A DNA stretch of 64,000 nt from positions 1,440,001 to 1,504,000 of the forward strand of contig CBDASK010000003.1 of assembly GCA_965199495.1 (NCBI GenBank), given 5' to 3'. The notes beneath the pieces are model-generated. The model saw only the letters and a program-made list of their open reading frames with translations, had not been told where the DNA came from and made no database searches. This document shows positions 1-10,158 of this stretch, in pieces. Numbering within the stretch: position 1 is the stretch's first letter; each line of letters begins with the position of its first letter. A program made the translations under genes and the position numbers. Source of the DNA: Abditibacterium sp. GTDB lineage: Bacteria; Armatimonadota; Abditibacteriia; Abditibacteriales; Abditibacteriaceae.

Positions 1-206
1 TTCCTCTCGCGAAAATAAGCAACTTTGTCGAGAGCTTCCTGAATATAATTTTCGCCAAAATCGGTCAAACCGGCGGCGAAGTAAGGTTCCAAGCGCGCGG
101 CCTCGACGGTTTTGGAGGCGCCGATGAGTTGCACGCCCTGCGGGTCGCGCCCGACGCGTGCGCAGGCGGCGTTGATATTGTCTCGAATAATTTGAAGCGA
201 TTGCAT
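1..206 (-). CDS. yggS: YggS/PLPBP family pyridoxal phosphate-binding protein (5' part; runs off window)
   Basis: Hand translation from ATG 206: MQSLQIIRDNINAACARVGRDPQGVQLIGASKTV...FGENYIQEA; SK(T) PLP lysine and FGENYxQE motif. Not in ORF track. Confidence 0.9.
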   Translation of the reverse strand, partial: MQSLQIIRDNINAACARVGRDPQGVQLIGASKTVEAARLEPYFAAGLTDFGENYIQEALDKVAYFRER

Positions 207-268
207 GAATGGAGCTGATGAACGGCGAATATCGCGTTTTGATTATCTCACGATATGAGTCGCACCGT

Positions 269-2371
269 TTAGTTCGTCCTCTGTGCCCACACCGCGATGT
301 CGCGCGAAACGGACGGAATTTGCAACTTCAAACCTTGCTTATCCGCGCGCGCTATCGTCATTTGTAGCGGTTTGCCCGCGACCGTATCCCACCACGTCAC
401 GCGATAATTGCCCGGTTTCATCGGCGAAATCAACGCCGTTCCGCTCGCGCTACTCTGCGGCGTGGCTGCTTCGATGTTGTCGCGATTGTAGAACCAACCA
501 ATCATCCAATGGTCGTTGGCTTTGGCATAACCGCTCAAAACTGGCGCGGCGTTTGGCACGCTCAAATTGTTAAAAACGATCCAATCCTGTCCGGTGTTTT
601 CCAGCGCGAGGGTTTGCGGCCCGGCGCCGACCGGAATCGAAATTTCTTTATCCAAATTAGTATCGTTTTCCGTCGCTGCGAACGGATATTCCGTGGTTTT
701 GCCGCCGCTCGTCACACGCAAGTTGGCGCCCGCTTTGGCGACCTGTTTGAGCGTTAAAATCAGCGTCGTCGGTTTGGGCAAATCCAATTTGATTTGAAGC
801 GGTTTCGGGTTCATAGCGCGGTGATTCTCGCCCTGAAAATACGATGACAACTTGCCGAATTCGGCCACGTCATCGGGCTGGGACAAATCGAAATCGCTCC
901 GCACGAGCGCGCTCCAGCCGCCCGAAAAACTCAGTTTTAAATCGGTGCGGTCAGGCGTATCAATCGTCGCGCTAACGCGCCGCACCATCTGACGTTTATC
1001 CTGCGCCGCGAAACCACTTTGTTTCAATAACGCACTGGCCGATGCGAAATGGAAATAAAGATGGTCGCGCTCGACGCGGTCGCCTTCCCAATACTGCGCA
1101 GCGCCCGCGACATCGCTCATCAAACCGGCCCACAAACCCGAATGCAGCGTCCACTCGTCGGGCCGGTCTTTGGTGTTATCGGGGCCAAATTCGCCGACGA
1201 ATTCGGGTTTGACCGGCCACTCTTTGCCATTAAAATGCTCCGCGCTTAAAACCGGAATCAGATTGATCGGATAGGCGTGACGCTGATAATAATCTACCGG
1301 CGCGAAAACGGACGCGGGCACTTCGGAACTTGTAGTGATGAGATGATCGTAAATATCTTGGGCGCGCAGAAAGTCCGCCATCTCGCGGTGCCAAGCAGCC
1401 ACGTCGTCCCACTTGCCGTCTTGCGCGGCGGCGCTAAATTGGACTTCATTCCACAATTCCCACGCCATAATATGCGGCGAATAACCGTAGCGTGCCACGA
1501 TGTAGCGCAGTTTGCGTTTGGTCAATTCGCGGGCGCGGGCGTTGGTAAAAAATTCGTCGGGCGTGTTCAAGAAGCCGCCATTTTCGACGTTCCACGGGTT
1601 ATCGTCCCAGTTCGGATTAACCTTGAGCGAATACTGGCCGTGATGCTGAATCGTCATCTGCACGTAAACGTTGTGGCGGTCGGCGCTCTGAATAATATCG
1701 TCCCAAGTGTGCGCGACTTTCAAATCAAGGTCGCCGATGGGCAAGTGGTCGGATTGCGTCCAGTCCAAATTTTTGGAGTCCCAGTGATTCATCCAAATGC
1801 GCGACCAATTCAGCCCCGCGTTTTGAAGATCGGTGAATTTCGCTTCGTAACCCTTTTGCTCGCCGCCAATCCACGCCTGATTCAGGCCGAACGGATAAAA
1901 GCGCTTTCCATCTGCGAGGCTAAAACGCCGCGCGTTTTTGGCGTCAACACGCACCCACGCGCCGCTCAAAACGCTGGTTTTGCCGACTTTAAAGCGTTGC
2001 GGTTGCGCATTTAAATTCAATTTCTGGCCGTTATCGAAAACGCCGACAACTTTGTAAATCCCCGGCGTTTTGGGCGTGTGGCGCGCACGCCATGTGGTGC
2101 CGCCGTCGAAAAACGCGGGCAGCAAAATCGTTTTAGCATCGGGCATTTTCACAGCCACGCGCACGTCGTGGCTGAGGTAATCGAACGGATCGCCGACGAA
2201 GCCCGGCCACTCGAACGCGACCTCGATTTTCGCATAAGCGCGCACGCCCTGCTGGTTAACCGGTATAGCAAGGCGATTTGTTGGCGCCGAAGTTTGTGCC
2301 AAGGCGTAACTGGCCGAAATCAAGATGGCAGTTAAAGCCAGAGAAAAACAACGAAATTTGGATTGGGACAT
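269..2371 (-). CDS. Secreted glycoside hydrolase-like protein (DUF5060-like N-terminus, GH5-like TIM barrel)
   Basis: Signal peptide; FFDGGTTWRARHTP; IMAWELWNE acid/base motif; FVGEFG nucleophile-like motif. Confidence 0.7.
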   Translation of the reverse strand: MSQSKFRCFSLALTAILISASYALAQTSAPTNRLAIPVNQQGVRAYAKIEVAFEWPGFVGDPFDYLSHDVRVAVKMPDAKTILLPAFFDGGTTWRARHTPKTPGIYKVVGVFDNGQKLNLNAQPQRFKVGKTSVLSGAWVRVDAKNARRFSLADGKRFYPFGLNQAWIGGEQKGYEAKFTDLQNAGLNWSRIWMNHWDSKNLDWTQSDHLPIGDLDLKVAHTWDDIIQSADRHNVYVQMTIQHHGQYSLKVNPNWDDNPWNVENGGFLNTPDEFFTNARARELTKRKLRYIVARYGYSPHIMAWELWNEVQFSAAAQDGKWDDVAAWHREMADFLRAQDIYDHLITTSSEVPASVFAPVDYYQRHAYPINLIPVLSAEHFNGKEWPVKPEFVGEFGPDNTKDRPDEWTLHSGLWAGLMSDVAGAAQYWEGDRVERDHLYFHFASASALLKQSGFAAQDKRQMVRRVSATIDTPDRTDLKLSFSGGWSALVRSDFDLSQPDDVAEFGKLSSYFQGENHRAMNPKPLQIKLDLPKPTTLILTLKQVAKAGANLRVTSGGKTTEYPFAATENDTNLDKEISIPVGAGPQTLALENTGQDWIVFNNLSVPNAAPVLSGYAKANDHWMIGWFYNRDNIEAATPQSSASGTALISPMKPGNYRVTWWDTVAGKPLQMTIARADKQGLKLQIPSVSRDIAVWAQRTN

Positions 2372-2446
2372 TTGCAATTGATCCATAAAATGGAACAGTA
2401 GTTTGACCCAATCCAAATTTCGTTGTTCAAGACGCCAACCTTAATT

Positions 2447-3199
2447 TCAGGGAAGCGTCGGCGGATTGGTGGTGCCACCGCCGCCCGCCAACGTGCTGCC
2501 CGCAGTAATGGCTCCCGCCGTCGAGCCGCCAGAAGTTGTCGTGCCCGTCGTGCCGCCAGCCGTCAAACCAGTTGTTGTTCCACCCGCCGTCGTGTTGCCC
2601 GCCGTTGTTGCTCCCGTCGTCGTTCCAGCTGTTGTGCCCGCCGTCGTCGTTCCAGTTATGCCGCCAGCCGTTGTGCCGCCAGAAGTTGGTGTTGGCGATA
2701 CAACCATTGGCGGCACAACGCGACCGCGCAAAACGCTGTCGCCCGCTTTGAAGGGCGCGCTAATCGAGATCAAACCGTCATCGTCAAAATTTCCGGTCAG
2801 GCGAAATTTGGGGCCACCCTGATAGGAACCGTTCACATCGAGGTCGTAATCGAAACCGTTGGTGCCATCGAGAGCATTGCCCGTCAGGATATAAGTGCCG
2901 GGCGGCAATGCAACTGTAAAACCGATGGGATTTTCGGTCGCGGGCTTGGGATTGGTGGCGTCCACGACTTGCAGCGTGCCCGCCGCGCGCGTTGGGAACG
3001 CGGCCTGATCGGCGAATCTGATGGTCAAAATGCCGCGATATTGGGGAAAATCGAGGAACTGAATATCTTTCTGGCGCCCAAAACGTAACTCATCCGTGGA
3101 GCCGGAGCTGGAGCCACCGCCACCACATCCGGGCAAAAGTAAGGTTCCAGAAGCCAAAATTAGCGTCAAAGCGCCCGCAATTAAAAAAGAAGATTTCAT
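2447..3199 (-). CDS. Hypothetical lipoprotein with Thr/Gly-rich C-terminal tail
   Basis: MKSSFLIAG...LLPGC-GGGG lipobox-like; repeated GTTAG/GTTTG units. Confidence 0.6.
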   Translation of the reverse strand: MKSSFLIAGALTLILASGTLLLPGCGGGGSSSGSTDELRFGRQKDIQFLDFPQYRGILTIRFADQAAFPTRAAGTLQVVDATNPKPATENPIGFTVALPPGTYILTGNALDGTNGFDYDLDVNGSYQGGPKFRLTGNFDDDGLISISAPFKAGDSVLRGRVVPPMVVSPTPTSGGTTAGGITGTTTAGTTAGTTTGATTAGNTTAGGTTTGLTAGGTTGTTTSGGSTAGAITAGSTLAGGGGTTNPPTLP

Positions 3200-3342
3200 G
3201 AAAGTTAAAGCCGCTCCGGCGCGCGTCCGAAACTGCGCAAACATAGATTGCCACACATCTGCCATTGCGCCCGTGGGCGTCGCCAATTTTTGGGCGAAGA
3301 ATCTGCTATTTGGTGCGCGCGGTTTTGTGGCCGCGTATTATT

Positions 3343-3648
3343 ATGCAATATGAAGTCGGTTCATTGGAAGATTTGCCCGAAGGCGAGGGATTTTTGTTTC
3401 GCCGCGGCCCCTATCAAATCGCGCTGTTTCGCGACGGCGAGCGGGTGAGCGCCATTGACAACGAATGTCCGCACGCTGGAGCCTCGCTGTGTGGCGGCGA
3501 TACCGATGGACACATCGTCGCCTGCCCGTTTCACGGTTGGGAGTTCGATTGCCAAACCGGCGAATGTCTGTCGGTCGAGGGCTTCGACGTGGCTGTCTAT
3601 CCCGTCGTCATCGAAAACGGCGTCGTCAAAGTCAGCGTGCCGGATTGA
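3343..3648 (+). CDS. Rieske [2Fe-2S] ferredoxin (NirD-like)
   Basis: CPHAG...CPFHGWEFD Rieske motifs. Confidence 0.9.
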   Translation: MQYEVGSLEDLPEGEGFLFRRGPYQIALFRDGERVSAIDNECPHAGASLCGGDTDGHIVACPFHGWEFDCQTGECLSVEGFDVAVYPVVIENGVVKVSVPD

Positions 3649-3657
3649 GGTGCAACA

Positions 3658-5028
3658 TCATCCGCTATCCGCAGCCGAGACCACGCAATTTTTGCCTTCG
3701 TCTTTGGCTTGGTAGAGCAGTTCGTCAACGCGGTGAAGCGCGTTTGTTGCGGTGAGCGTGTGGCCCGGTTCGAGCGTGAGGGCGCCCACGGAAATCGTGA
3801 CTTTGCCCAATAGTGAGTTTTTGCCAAAGCGAATTTCGAGTTCGTGCAACACGCGCTGATGCAAACGGCGCGCGATCTGTTGCGTCTGTTTTTGGTCGGT
3901 TTCGGGCAAGATAATCAGAAACTCGTCGCCGCCGATGCGCGATAAATCGTCCACTTCGCGCAGTTCGCCCTGCGCCGATTCGTGGACGGCGATCAAAACG
4001 CGGTCGCCCGAAGCGTGGCCCAGCGTGTCGTTGACCGGCTTGAAGTTATCGAGATCGAACATCAACAGCGAAAGCGGGCGGCCAAAACGGGCGGCGCGCG
4101 CCAGTTCGGTTTCCAAAACGCGCTCGCAGTGGCGCCGGTTGTAACCGCCCGTCAGCGAATCGGTTTCGGAAATCGCCTTCATTTTCAAGGCTTGCAACGC
4201 CAAATCAAACGCCGAATCGAAGACGCGGCGCCGCAACACGGCGTTGAACTGCGACAATAACACAATAAATAGCGCCACGGTGCCCACGACCCAGACCGCG
4301 CCCGCCATTGAAATCGTCTGCATCGAAGCGGGAGTCGCCTTCAATCCCATAATTAACGTGCCCACCACAATGCCGCTGATGAGCATCGTTTCGCGAAATC
4401 TGAGCGGCAACACCAGCGAAGTGAGCAGAATATGGCAAAACGACGACGCGATGACGAACTGAACCGCGCGCGCGCCCGCGAATTGCGGCGAAGCGACGGG
4501 CGCAAAAACCAGCGGCAGGGCGAGGGCCGTAGTCGCGGAAAAGAGCGCGAAGCCCGCCAAAGTCAAAAGTCGCGCCTGAGCCAGCGAACGCACACGAAAT
4601 GTCAACGCGATTTGCGCAGTCATGCCAAAGATAGCCACGGCCCCATCCAATAAAATTTCGCGCGCCAGCCCGGAATATAATACGAAATAAAAACCGATGA
4701 AACTCGTCAGACAAACGATGCCGATGGTCGCCGCCAAACGCAAACGCACGATAAAAATGCGCAACCACTGCTCGCGAAAAAGCGGCTCGCGCGCGGCCTC
4801 GGTCAACGCAGACGCCTCGATCACGCCGGGCGCATCCGGCGCATCCAGCCCGCCGGGCGCATCTTCCAAATCGAAAATCGGATGCTCGCGCAACGAATCC
4901 GACAGCGCATCCCAAAGGTCTCGCCAATTCGATGCTCGCCACAACGAACTTCGCCACAACGAACCTCGCGTTCCGCTTTTGGAACGCGAGCGGTGGGCCG
5001 AGCGAGAAGAACGTGACATAAAAGTCAT
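3658..5028 (-). CDS. Membrane-bound diguanylate cyclase (GGDEF)
   Basis: About 6 TM segments, then TDSLTG, FDLDNFKPVNDTLGH, RIGGDEF. Confidence 0.9.
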   Translation of the reverse strand: MTFMSRSSRSAHRSRSKSGTRGSLWRSSLWRASNWRDLWDALSDSLREHPIFDLEDAPGGLDAPDAPGVIEASALTEAAREPLFREQWLRIFIVRLRLAATIGIVCLTSFIGFYFVLYSGLAREILLDGAVAIFGMTAQIALTFRVRSLAQARLLTLAGFALFSATTALALPLVFAPVASPQFAGARAVQFVIASSFCHILLTSLVLPLRFRETMLISGIVVGTLIMGLKATPASMQTISMAGAVWVVGTVALFIVLLSQFNAVLRRRVFDSAFDLALQALKMKAISETDSLTGGYNRRHCERVLETELARAARFGRPLSLLMFDLDNFKPVNDTLGHASGDRVLIAVHESAQGELREVDDLSRIGGDEFLIILPETDQKQTQQIARRLHQRVLHELEIRFGKNSLLGKVTISVGALTLEPGHTLTATNALHRVDELLYQAKDEGKNCVVSAADSG

Positions 5029-5241
5029 CCCTGGGGCGATAAAATGTCAAAGCCCATTTTTATCGAAATACGCGGTCTTGCAACGGTAAAAAACAGTCAT
5101 TTTTCATCGCACCTAAAGAATATCTTATATTCAATATAAACGATTTTGGCCAATTATAACACCGGTTAAAATCGGACTACAGCAACTCTTTTGCTCATAT
5201 CGCCGTAACGCATTTTCGTTCGACACTTGTTTTCTCTTGCT

Positions 5242-6396
5242 TCACGAGCCACGCCACGAAGTCGGCGTAAAAATCTCGGCAAAAGTTTGCGAGGCGAAAC
5301 GGTCGGTCATGCCCGCGATGTAATCGCAGACGCAGCGCGCCAATTGTTCTTGGCTCAAATCGCGCCAATCGCCCGAAGTTGCCGGGCACAAAGTGCCCCG
5401 CATTACGCCGGGATTGTCCATGAAATAATCGAACAAACTGTTGATAACGTGATAAACGCGCGGCTCTTCGTCGGCGGAGTTGACCAAGTAAACATGGTCG
5501 AACATCCAATTTTTCAAGGCATCGGTCGCTTCCATCACGTCGTCGCGCATGGCGATACGCGCGCACTGGCGCTCGCCATTCACGGTTTCGCTCGACGCCT
5601 CGATAATCGCGCCGACCATCGTCGCAATGCGTTGCGCGTGACGCTCGCCTAAAACGTTCAGACATGCGCGCGGCAACTGATTTTGCTCGATAAACCCGGC
5701 GCGTAACGCGTCATCAATGTCGTGGTTGACATAAGCCACGCGGTCGCAGATGCGAATGACCTGGCCTTCGAGCGTCGAGGGTTTGCCGACTTGCAGCCAT
5801 TTATCGAGGGATTCGCCCGCCAATAAATCGGATTTGCCCTTGGAGTGATGCAAAATTCCGTCGCGCACTTCCCACGTCAAATTTAAGCCTTGCCCGCCGT
5901 TTTCCAATTCGTCGAAGATGCGCAGCGAATGTTCATAATGCCGAAAGCGCGCCTTGGAATCGTGGCGCCGATAAGCTGCGTCGAGCGCTTCCTCGCCGAC
6001 GTGGCCATAGGGCGCGTGGCCGACATCGTGGCCCATGCCGATGGCTTCGGTCAAATCTTCGTTCAAACGCAACGCGCGCGCGACGGTGCGCGAAATCTGC
6101 GTGACTTCGAGCGTATGCGTCAGCCTCGTGCGATAATGATCGAATTCGGGCGAGATAAAAACCTGCGTTTTGTGTTTCAGTCGCCGAAACGCTTTGGAGT
6201 GAATAATGCGGTCGCGGTCGCGCTGCCAGTTGGTGCGAATCGGGTCGGGTGAGATGGGTTTTTCGCGGCCTTTGGAGAGCGCCGATTTGGCGGCGTTGGG
6301 GCCGAGCGTGGCGAACTCGCGCGCTTCGAGCATTTGTCGAATATCGCTTAAATCCGCGCGCGGCGCGATGTCGGTGGCGTCGTGGGTGTTGTTCAT
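5242..6396 (-). CDS. dgt: Deoxyguanosinetriphosphate triphosphohydrolase (HD domain)
   Basis: RDRDRIIHSKAFRRLKHKTQV, RTRLTHTLEV, HDVGHAPYGH, DYIAGMTD. Confidence 0.93.
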   Translation of the reverse strand: MNNTHDATDIAPRADLSDIRQMLEAREFATLGPNAAKSALSKGREKPISPDPIRTNWQRDRDRIIHSKAFRRLKHKTQVFISPEFDHYRTRLTHTLEVTQISRTVARALRLNEDLTEAIGMGHDVGHAPYGHVGEEALDAAYRRHDSKARFRHYEHSLRIFDELENGGQGLNLTWEVRDGILHHSKGKSDLLAGESLDKWLQVGKPSTLEGQVIRICDRVAYVNHDIDDALRAGFIEQNQLPRACLNVLGERHAQRIATMVGAIIEASSETVNGERQCARIAMRDDVMEATDALKNWMFDHVYLVNSADEEPRVYHVINSLFDYFMDNPGVMRGTLCPATSGDWRDLSQEQLARCVCDYIAGMTDRFASQTFAEIFTPTSWRGS

Positions 6397-6479
6397 AAAA
6401 AACTCTTTTCCCCAAAAGTCATCTTCTCCAGTTTGACGCCGATGCGTTCATACTAAATAGTCTGAAAAAGAAAAACGTG

Positions 6480-6603
6480 CCAGCGAATGAATTCGCGGCT
6501 GGGAGGCATTCTGCCGAGCGTCCCCCTACGGGGACGCAATCGCATCCTGTCCGCGCAGGCGGACTTCCGGCTTTAGCCTCCCAGCCGCGAATTCATTCGC
6601 TGG
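6480..6603. repeat. REP-like palindromic element, family A
   Basis: Inverted arms ccagcgaatgaattcgcggctgggaggc / gcctcccagccgcgaattcattcgctgg; right part near-identical to 42606-42661. Confidence 0.85.
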
Positions 6604-6659
6604 TTTGAATTTTATCGCTTTTCTTTGTTTCGATTAATTAACAATAGAGCCTTCTCCCG

Positions 6660-7538
6660 ATGAAACGTTTTTCCCCGCTCTTGTTGTGCGCGCTGCCGTT
6701 AATTTTATCGGTCAAACCGGCGCGCGCGTGGTGGCCGCAGGGCCACTCCATTATCGCGGCGGGTGCTGTCGCGGCGTTGCCCGATGATGTTCCGATTTGG
6801 TTTCGCGCCGGAGCCGGGCAAATCGCGCACGATGCGCAAGACCCCGATTTGCAAAAAAACAGCGCGCTGCCGATTATGACCGAGCGCGAATATCCGCAGC
6901 ATTTCTTCGACTGGGAATTGGTCGGCATGGAGAAATTGCCGCCAACGCGTCGCGCGTTCTACGCCGATTGCGCCAAACGCGGCGTCAACCCGTTCGATGT
7001 CGGCGAATTGCCCTACTCGCTCGCCGAATGGACGGGGCGCCTGACGATGGATTTCGCCGAAGCGCGCGCCTATCCCGGCAACGCTTATGTGCAAACCAAA
7101 ACTTTGGTGACCGCCGGAATTTTGAGCCATTATAGCGGCGACGCCACCATGCCGCTCCACGTCACCAACGATTTCGATGGCCACGTAAAACCGGACGGTT
7201 CGTCGCCCAAAACCGGCATTCACGCGCGCGTAGATTCGCTTATCGAAAAATTGGAGTTGACGCCGCAACAGTTAGCACAAAATCAAACTATCGAGCCGTT
7301 GCCCAATTTATGGCCCGGCATCGAAGCGCAGATGCGCGAGACTTACAGCCACGTCGGCCAAACCTACGATTTAGAAAGTCAGTTGCCGCTCGAAACTGGC
7401 GATTATAAACCAACGCCCGCCGTGCAAGCGTTCGCGCTCGAACGCGGACGGGCGGCGTCGCGTTTTACGGCGCAACTGTTTTTGACAGCATGGCGCGATT
7501 CGGCTGTGATCAAGTTGCCGGCGTGGCTCAAACGTTAA
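6660..7538 (+). CDS. Secreted S1/P1 nuclease / Zn-dependent phospholipase C-like protein
   Basis: Signal peptide ending ARA, mature N-terminus WWPQGH; HYSGDATMPLH; IHARVD Zn-ligand motifs. Confidence 0.8.
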   Translation: MKRFSPLLLCALPLILSVKPARAWWPQGHSIIAAGAVAALPDDVPIWFRAGAGQIAHDAQDPDLQKNSALPIMTEREYPQHFFDWELVGMEKLPPTRRAFYADCAKRGVNPFDVGELPYSLAEWTGRLTMDFAEARAYPGNAYVQTKTLVTAGILSHYSGDATMPLHVTNDFDGHVKPDGSSPKTGIHARVDSLIEKLELTPQQLAQNQTIEPLPNLWPGIEAQMRETYSHVGQTYDLESQLPLETGDYKPTPAVQAFALERGRAASRFTAQLFLTAWRDSAVIKLPAWLKR

Positions 7539-7548
7539 TGGGTTTGCT

Positions 7549-8361
7549 TTAATTCCGTTCGCGTCGCGCCCAAACCAGCCAAATGCCCCACGCCGCGCTT
7601 TGCGGCTCCGGCTCGCAAACGACGGTAAAGCCCTGCGCGCGCAGCAAATTTTCGACTTGGTTGACGCGTCCATTTTCGTCGTGAACTTCGGCGACGACCT
7701 GGCGAATGCACGGCCAATCGCGCGCGCTGATGCCGCGCAAAACGTCCCATTCGGCGCCTTCGACATCAATTTTGAGCAAGTCAACTTTCTCGATTTGCAG
7801 CGCGTGAACGATGCGGCTGAGCGTTTCGACGCGGCAACTGACTGGACGTGGCTGCATAAAAACGCGCACCATTCCCGCGACCAAAGCGTTGCGCAACCAA
7901 TGCGGCGCGCGGCGAAACCAACCGAAGCGCGGCGCGAGTTGCGCATCGTCCAAAACGGCCATCGCGCCCGACGCGGCATGGTTGCCGATCCATTCGGGAA
8001 AACGCGTCGAAAGCGCACTCATCCAGCGAAAATAAGCGAATTGCGCCACGCCCGCTTCGCCGCCCAAAGCCAAATTATGCGCGCGGATTTTATCGTCGCC
8101 AAACGCGCGCGCGTTGGCTTGTAAAGCGGCGAAAGTCGCGGGCATCGGCTCGAACGCCTGAACGTGGGCGCCGCGCCGCGCCGCTTCGAGCGAAAACAAA
8201 CCGATGTTGGCGCCAATATCCACCACGCAATCGCCGTCTTCGATGGAGATTCCGTGTCGCAGATACAGCTCGATTTGACCAGCCACGCCGCGCACTTCCT
8301 CGCGATTCGTGCAATAAATTAAGCGGCCATCGGGCGCAACGACGCGGGAAAGTTTGGGCAT
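7549..8361 (-). CDS. FkbM family methyltransferase
   Basis: VVDIGANIG SAM motif, AFEP, LLKIDVEGAE; the track's longer N-terminus runs through a repeat element. Confidence 0.88.
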   Translation of the reverse strand: MPKLSRVVAPDGRLIYCTNREEVRGVAGQIELYLRHGISIEDGDCVVDIGANIGLFSLEAARRGAHVQAFEPMPATFAALQANARAFGDDKIRAHNLALGGEAGVAQFAYFRWMSALSTRFPEWIGNHAASGAMAVLDDAQLAPRFGWFRRAPHWLRNALVAGMVRVFMQPRPVSCRVETLSRIVHALQIEKVDLLKIDVEGAEWDVLRGISARDWPCIRQVVAEVHDENGRVNQVENLLRAQGFTVVCEPEPQSAAWGIWLVWARRERN

Positions 8362-8368
8362 ATTTGGG

Positions 8369-8565
8369 TTTTGAGGTAATTGCGACGCCTCGCACCCCCT
8401 CTGTCCTTCGGACATCTCCCCCTCCGAAAGGGGGAGAGGCAGCTTTACCCTCGACATCGCCAGAACGAATGCAAATAATGAACGGTGAATGCGCACTCTC
8501 CCCCTTTCGGAGGGGGAGATGTCCGAAGGACAGAGGGGGTGCGAGGCGTCGCAATTACCTCAAAA
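8369..8565. repeat. Long inverted-repeat element, family B
   Basis: About 70-bp arms ttttgaggtaattgcgacgcctcgcaccccctctgtccttcggacatctccccctccgaaagggggagag and reverse complement, each with internal hairpins. Confidence 0.9.
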
Positions 8566-8600
8566 ATTACAAGTATTAAAACAAACGTGTTCCTAAAAAT

Positions 8601-9851
8601 TTAATCGTTATGTTCCAAAACCCAGCGACGCAATAAATCAATTGCCGTCAGCGCGGCGCGTTTGCGGATCGCGTCGCGGTCGCCGTGAAACTGTTTCTTC
8701 ACCACTTCGACGCCGCCCGGATGCGCCAGACCAATATAAACCGTGCCGACGGGATTGTCGGTTGCCGGGTCGGGGCCAGCTTCGCCGGTCGTGGAAAGTC
8801 CGTAAGTGGCATTCATCGCTTTTTGAACGCCGGTCGCCATTTGCGCGGCGATTTGTTCGGAAACCACGGTATATTTTTCGATGTCCGCCGCGCTGACGCC
8901 CAAAACTTCTTCTTTGATAAACGGCGAATAAGCCACGACGCCGCCCAGAAAAACCGCGCTGCAACCGGTCGCCTCGGTCATTGAGGAACCCAGCCAACCG
9001 CCAGTCAACGACTCAGCCACGGCGACCGTCGAGGAGCGCGCGCTGAGCATATCCACCAAAACCTGCGGCAAATGTTGGTCGTCGCGCCCGAAGATTTTGT
9101 CGCCGACGCGCTCGCGCACGCGGTCTTCCATCGCGTCCAAAAGTTGCGTCGCTTCGGCCTCGTCGCGGGCTTTGGCTGTCATGCGCAGATGCACTTCGGT
9201 GTTGCCGAAAATTAGCGGCGCCACGGTCGGATTGGTCGCCGTTGTCAAAATATCTTCGACCTCATCGGCCAACTGCGATTCGCCCACGCCAAAAGTGCGC
9301 AGCACGCGCGAGACGATAATCATGCGCTCGCCGCCGATTTTTTCCAATAATGTCGGGATAATCGTCGCGCTCATCATCGCGCGCATTTCGCGCGGCACGC
9401 CCGGCACGGCGAAGATGAGTTTGCCGTCTTGGTCATACAAAACGCCGGGCGCCGTGCCCGCCGGATTGTCGAACGCCCGCGCCGTGGCTGGGATGTAGGC
9501 CTGACGCAAAAACGTTTCCTGCATCGGAATCTCGCGGCCCGCGAAAAAAGTGCGCAGAGTTTCGGCCAAATTCTCGTGAAATTCGAGTTCGACGCCCAAC
9601 GCGGCGGCGATGCCTTCGCGCGTCAAATCGTCGGTCGTCGGGCCAAGCCCGCCGGTGATAATGAGAACATCGGCGCGAGATAACGCGCCTTGGATGCAAT
9701 CGGTGATGCGATCCAAATTGTCGCCGACGGTCTGTTTTCGGTGAAGGTCAACGCCCGCTCGTGCGAGTTCTTGGGCGATATAAACGGCGTTGGTGTCGGT
9801 GATTTGTCCCAGCAAAAGCTCGGAGCCGACACAAAGTATTTCTGCGCGCAT
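8601..9851 (-). CDS. cinA: Competence/damage-inducible protein A (MoCF-like + NMN deamidase domains)
   Basis: VGSELLLGQITDTN, GGLGPTTDDLTRE, AVAESLTGG, STTGEAGP. Confidence 0.93.
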   Translation of the reverse strand: MRAEILCVGSELLLGQITDTNAVYIAQELARAGVDLHRKQTVGDNLDRITDCIQGALSRADVLIITGGLGPTTDDLTREGIAAALGVELEFHENLAETLRTFFAGREIPMQETFLRQAYIPATARAFDNPAGTAPGVLYDQDGKLIFAVPGVPREMRAMMSATIIPTLLEKIGGERMIIVSRVLRTFGVGESQLADEVEDILTTATNPTVAPLIFGNTEVHLRMTAKARDEAEATQLLDAMEDRVRERVGDKIFGRDDQHLPQVLVDMLSARSSTVAVAESLTGGWLGSSMTEATGCSAVFLGGVVAYSPFIKEEVLGVSAADIEKYTVVSEQIAAQMATGVQKAMNATYGLSTTGEAGPDPATDNPVGTVYIGLAHPGGVEVVKKQFHGDRDAIRKRAALTAIDLLRRWVLEHND

Positions 9852-9946
9852 AAATTTGAGATGACCAGTCTAAGCGTTTTGCGCGCCAAAGTTGTTTTGG
9901 ATTTTGGGATAAGCCACCGAGGACGAAGAGAACACAAAGGATTACC

Positions 9947-10112
9947 ATAGTTGCGCTCGCGTTGTCATTTCGAGCGAAGCCGAGAAATCTTACGCCCGCG
10001 CGGCAGCGCAGAGAATGCGAGAGCTTGAACGTAAGATTTTCTCCAACTTGCGCTGCCGTGCGGGCGTAAGATTTCTCGGCTTCGCTCGAAATGACAACGC
10101 GAGCGCAACTAT
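9947..10112. repeat. Long inverted-repeat element, family C (TGTCAT...ATGACA type)
   Basis: Arms atagttgcgctcgcgttgtcatttcgagcgaagccgagaaatcttacgcccgc... and near-perfect reverse complement. Confidence 0.9.
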
Positions 10113-10158
10113 TGCCCTTGGTGTCTCTACAAAATTTGCAACCGATAAACTAAAAGCC

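Noticed and set aside
8362..8496. N-terminal extensions of the FkbM ORF (and hemW 10015-10158)
   Set aside because: They run through inverted-repeat elements and lack family similarity.
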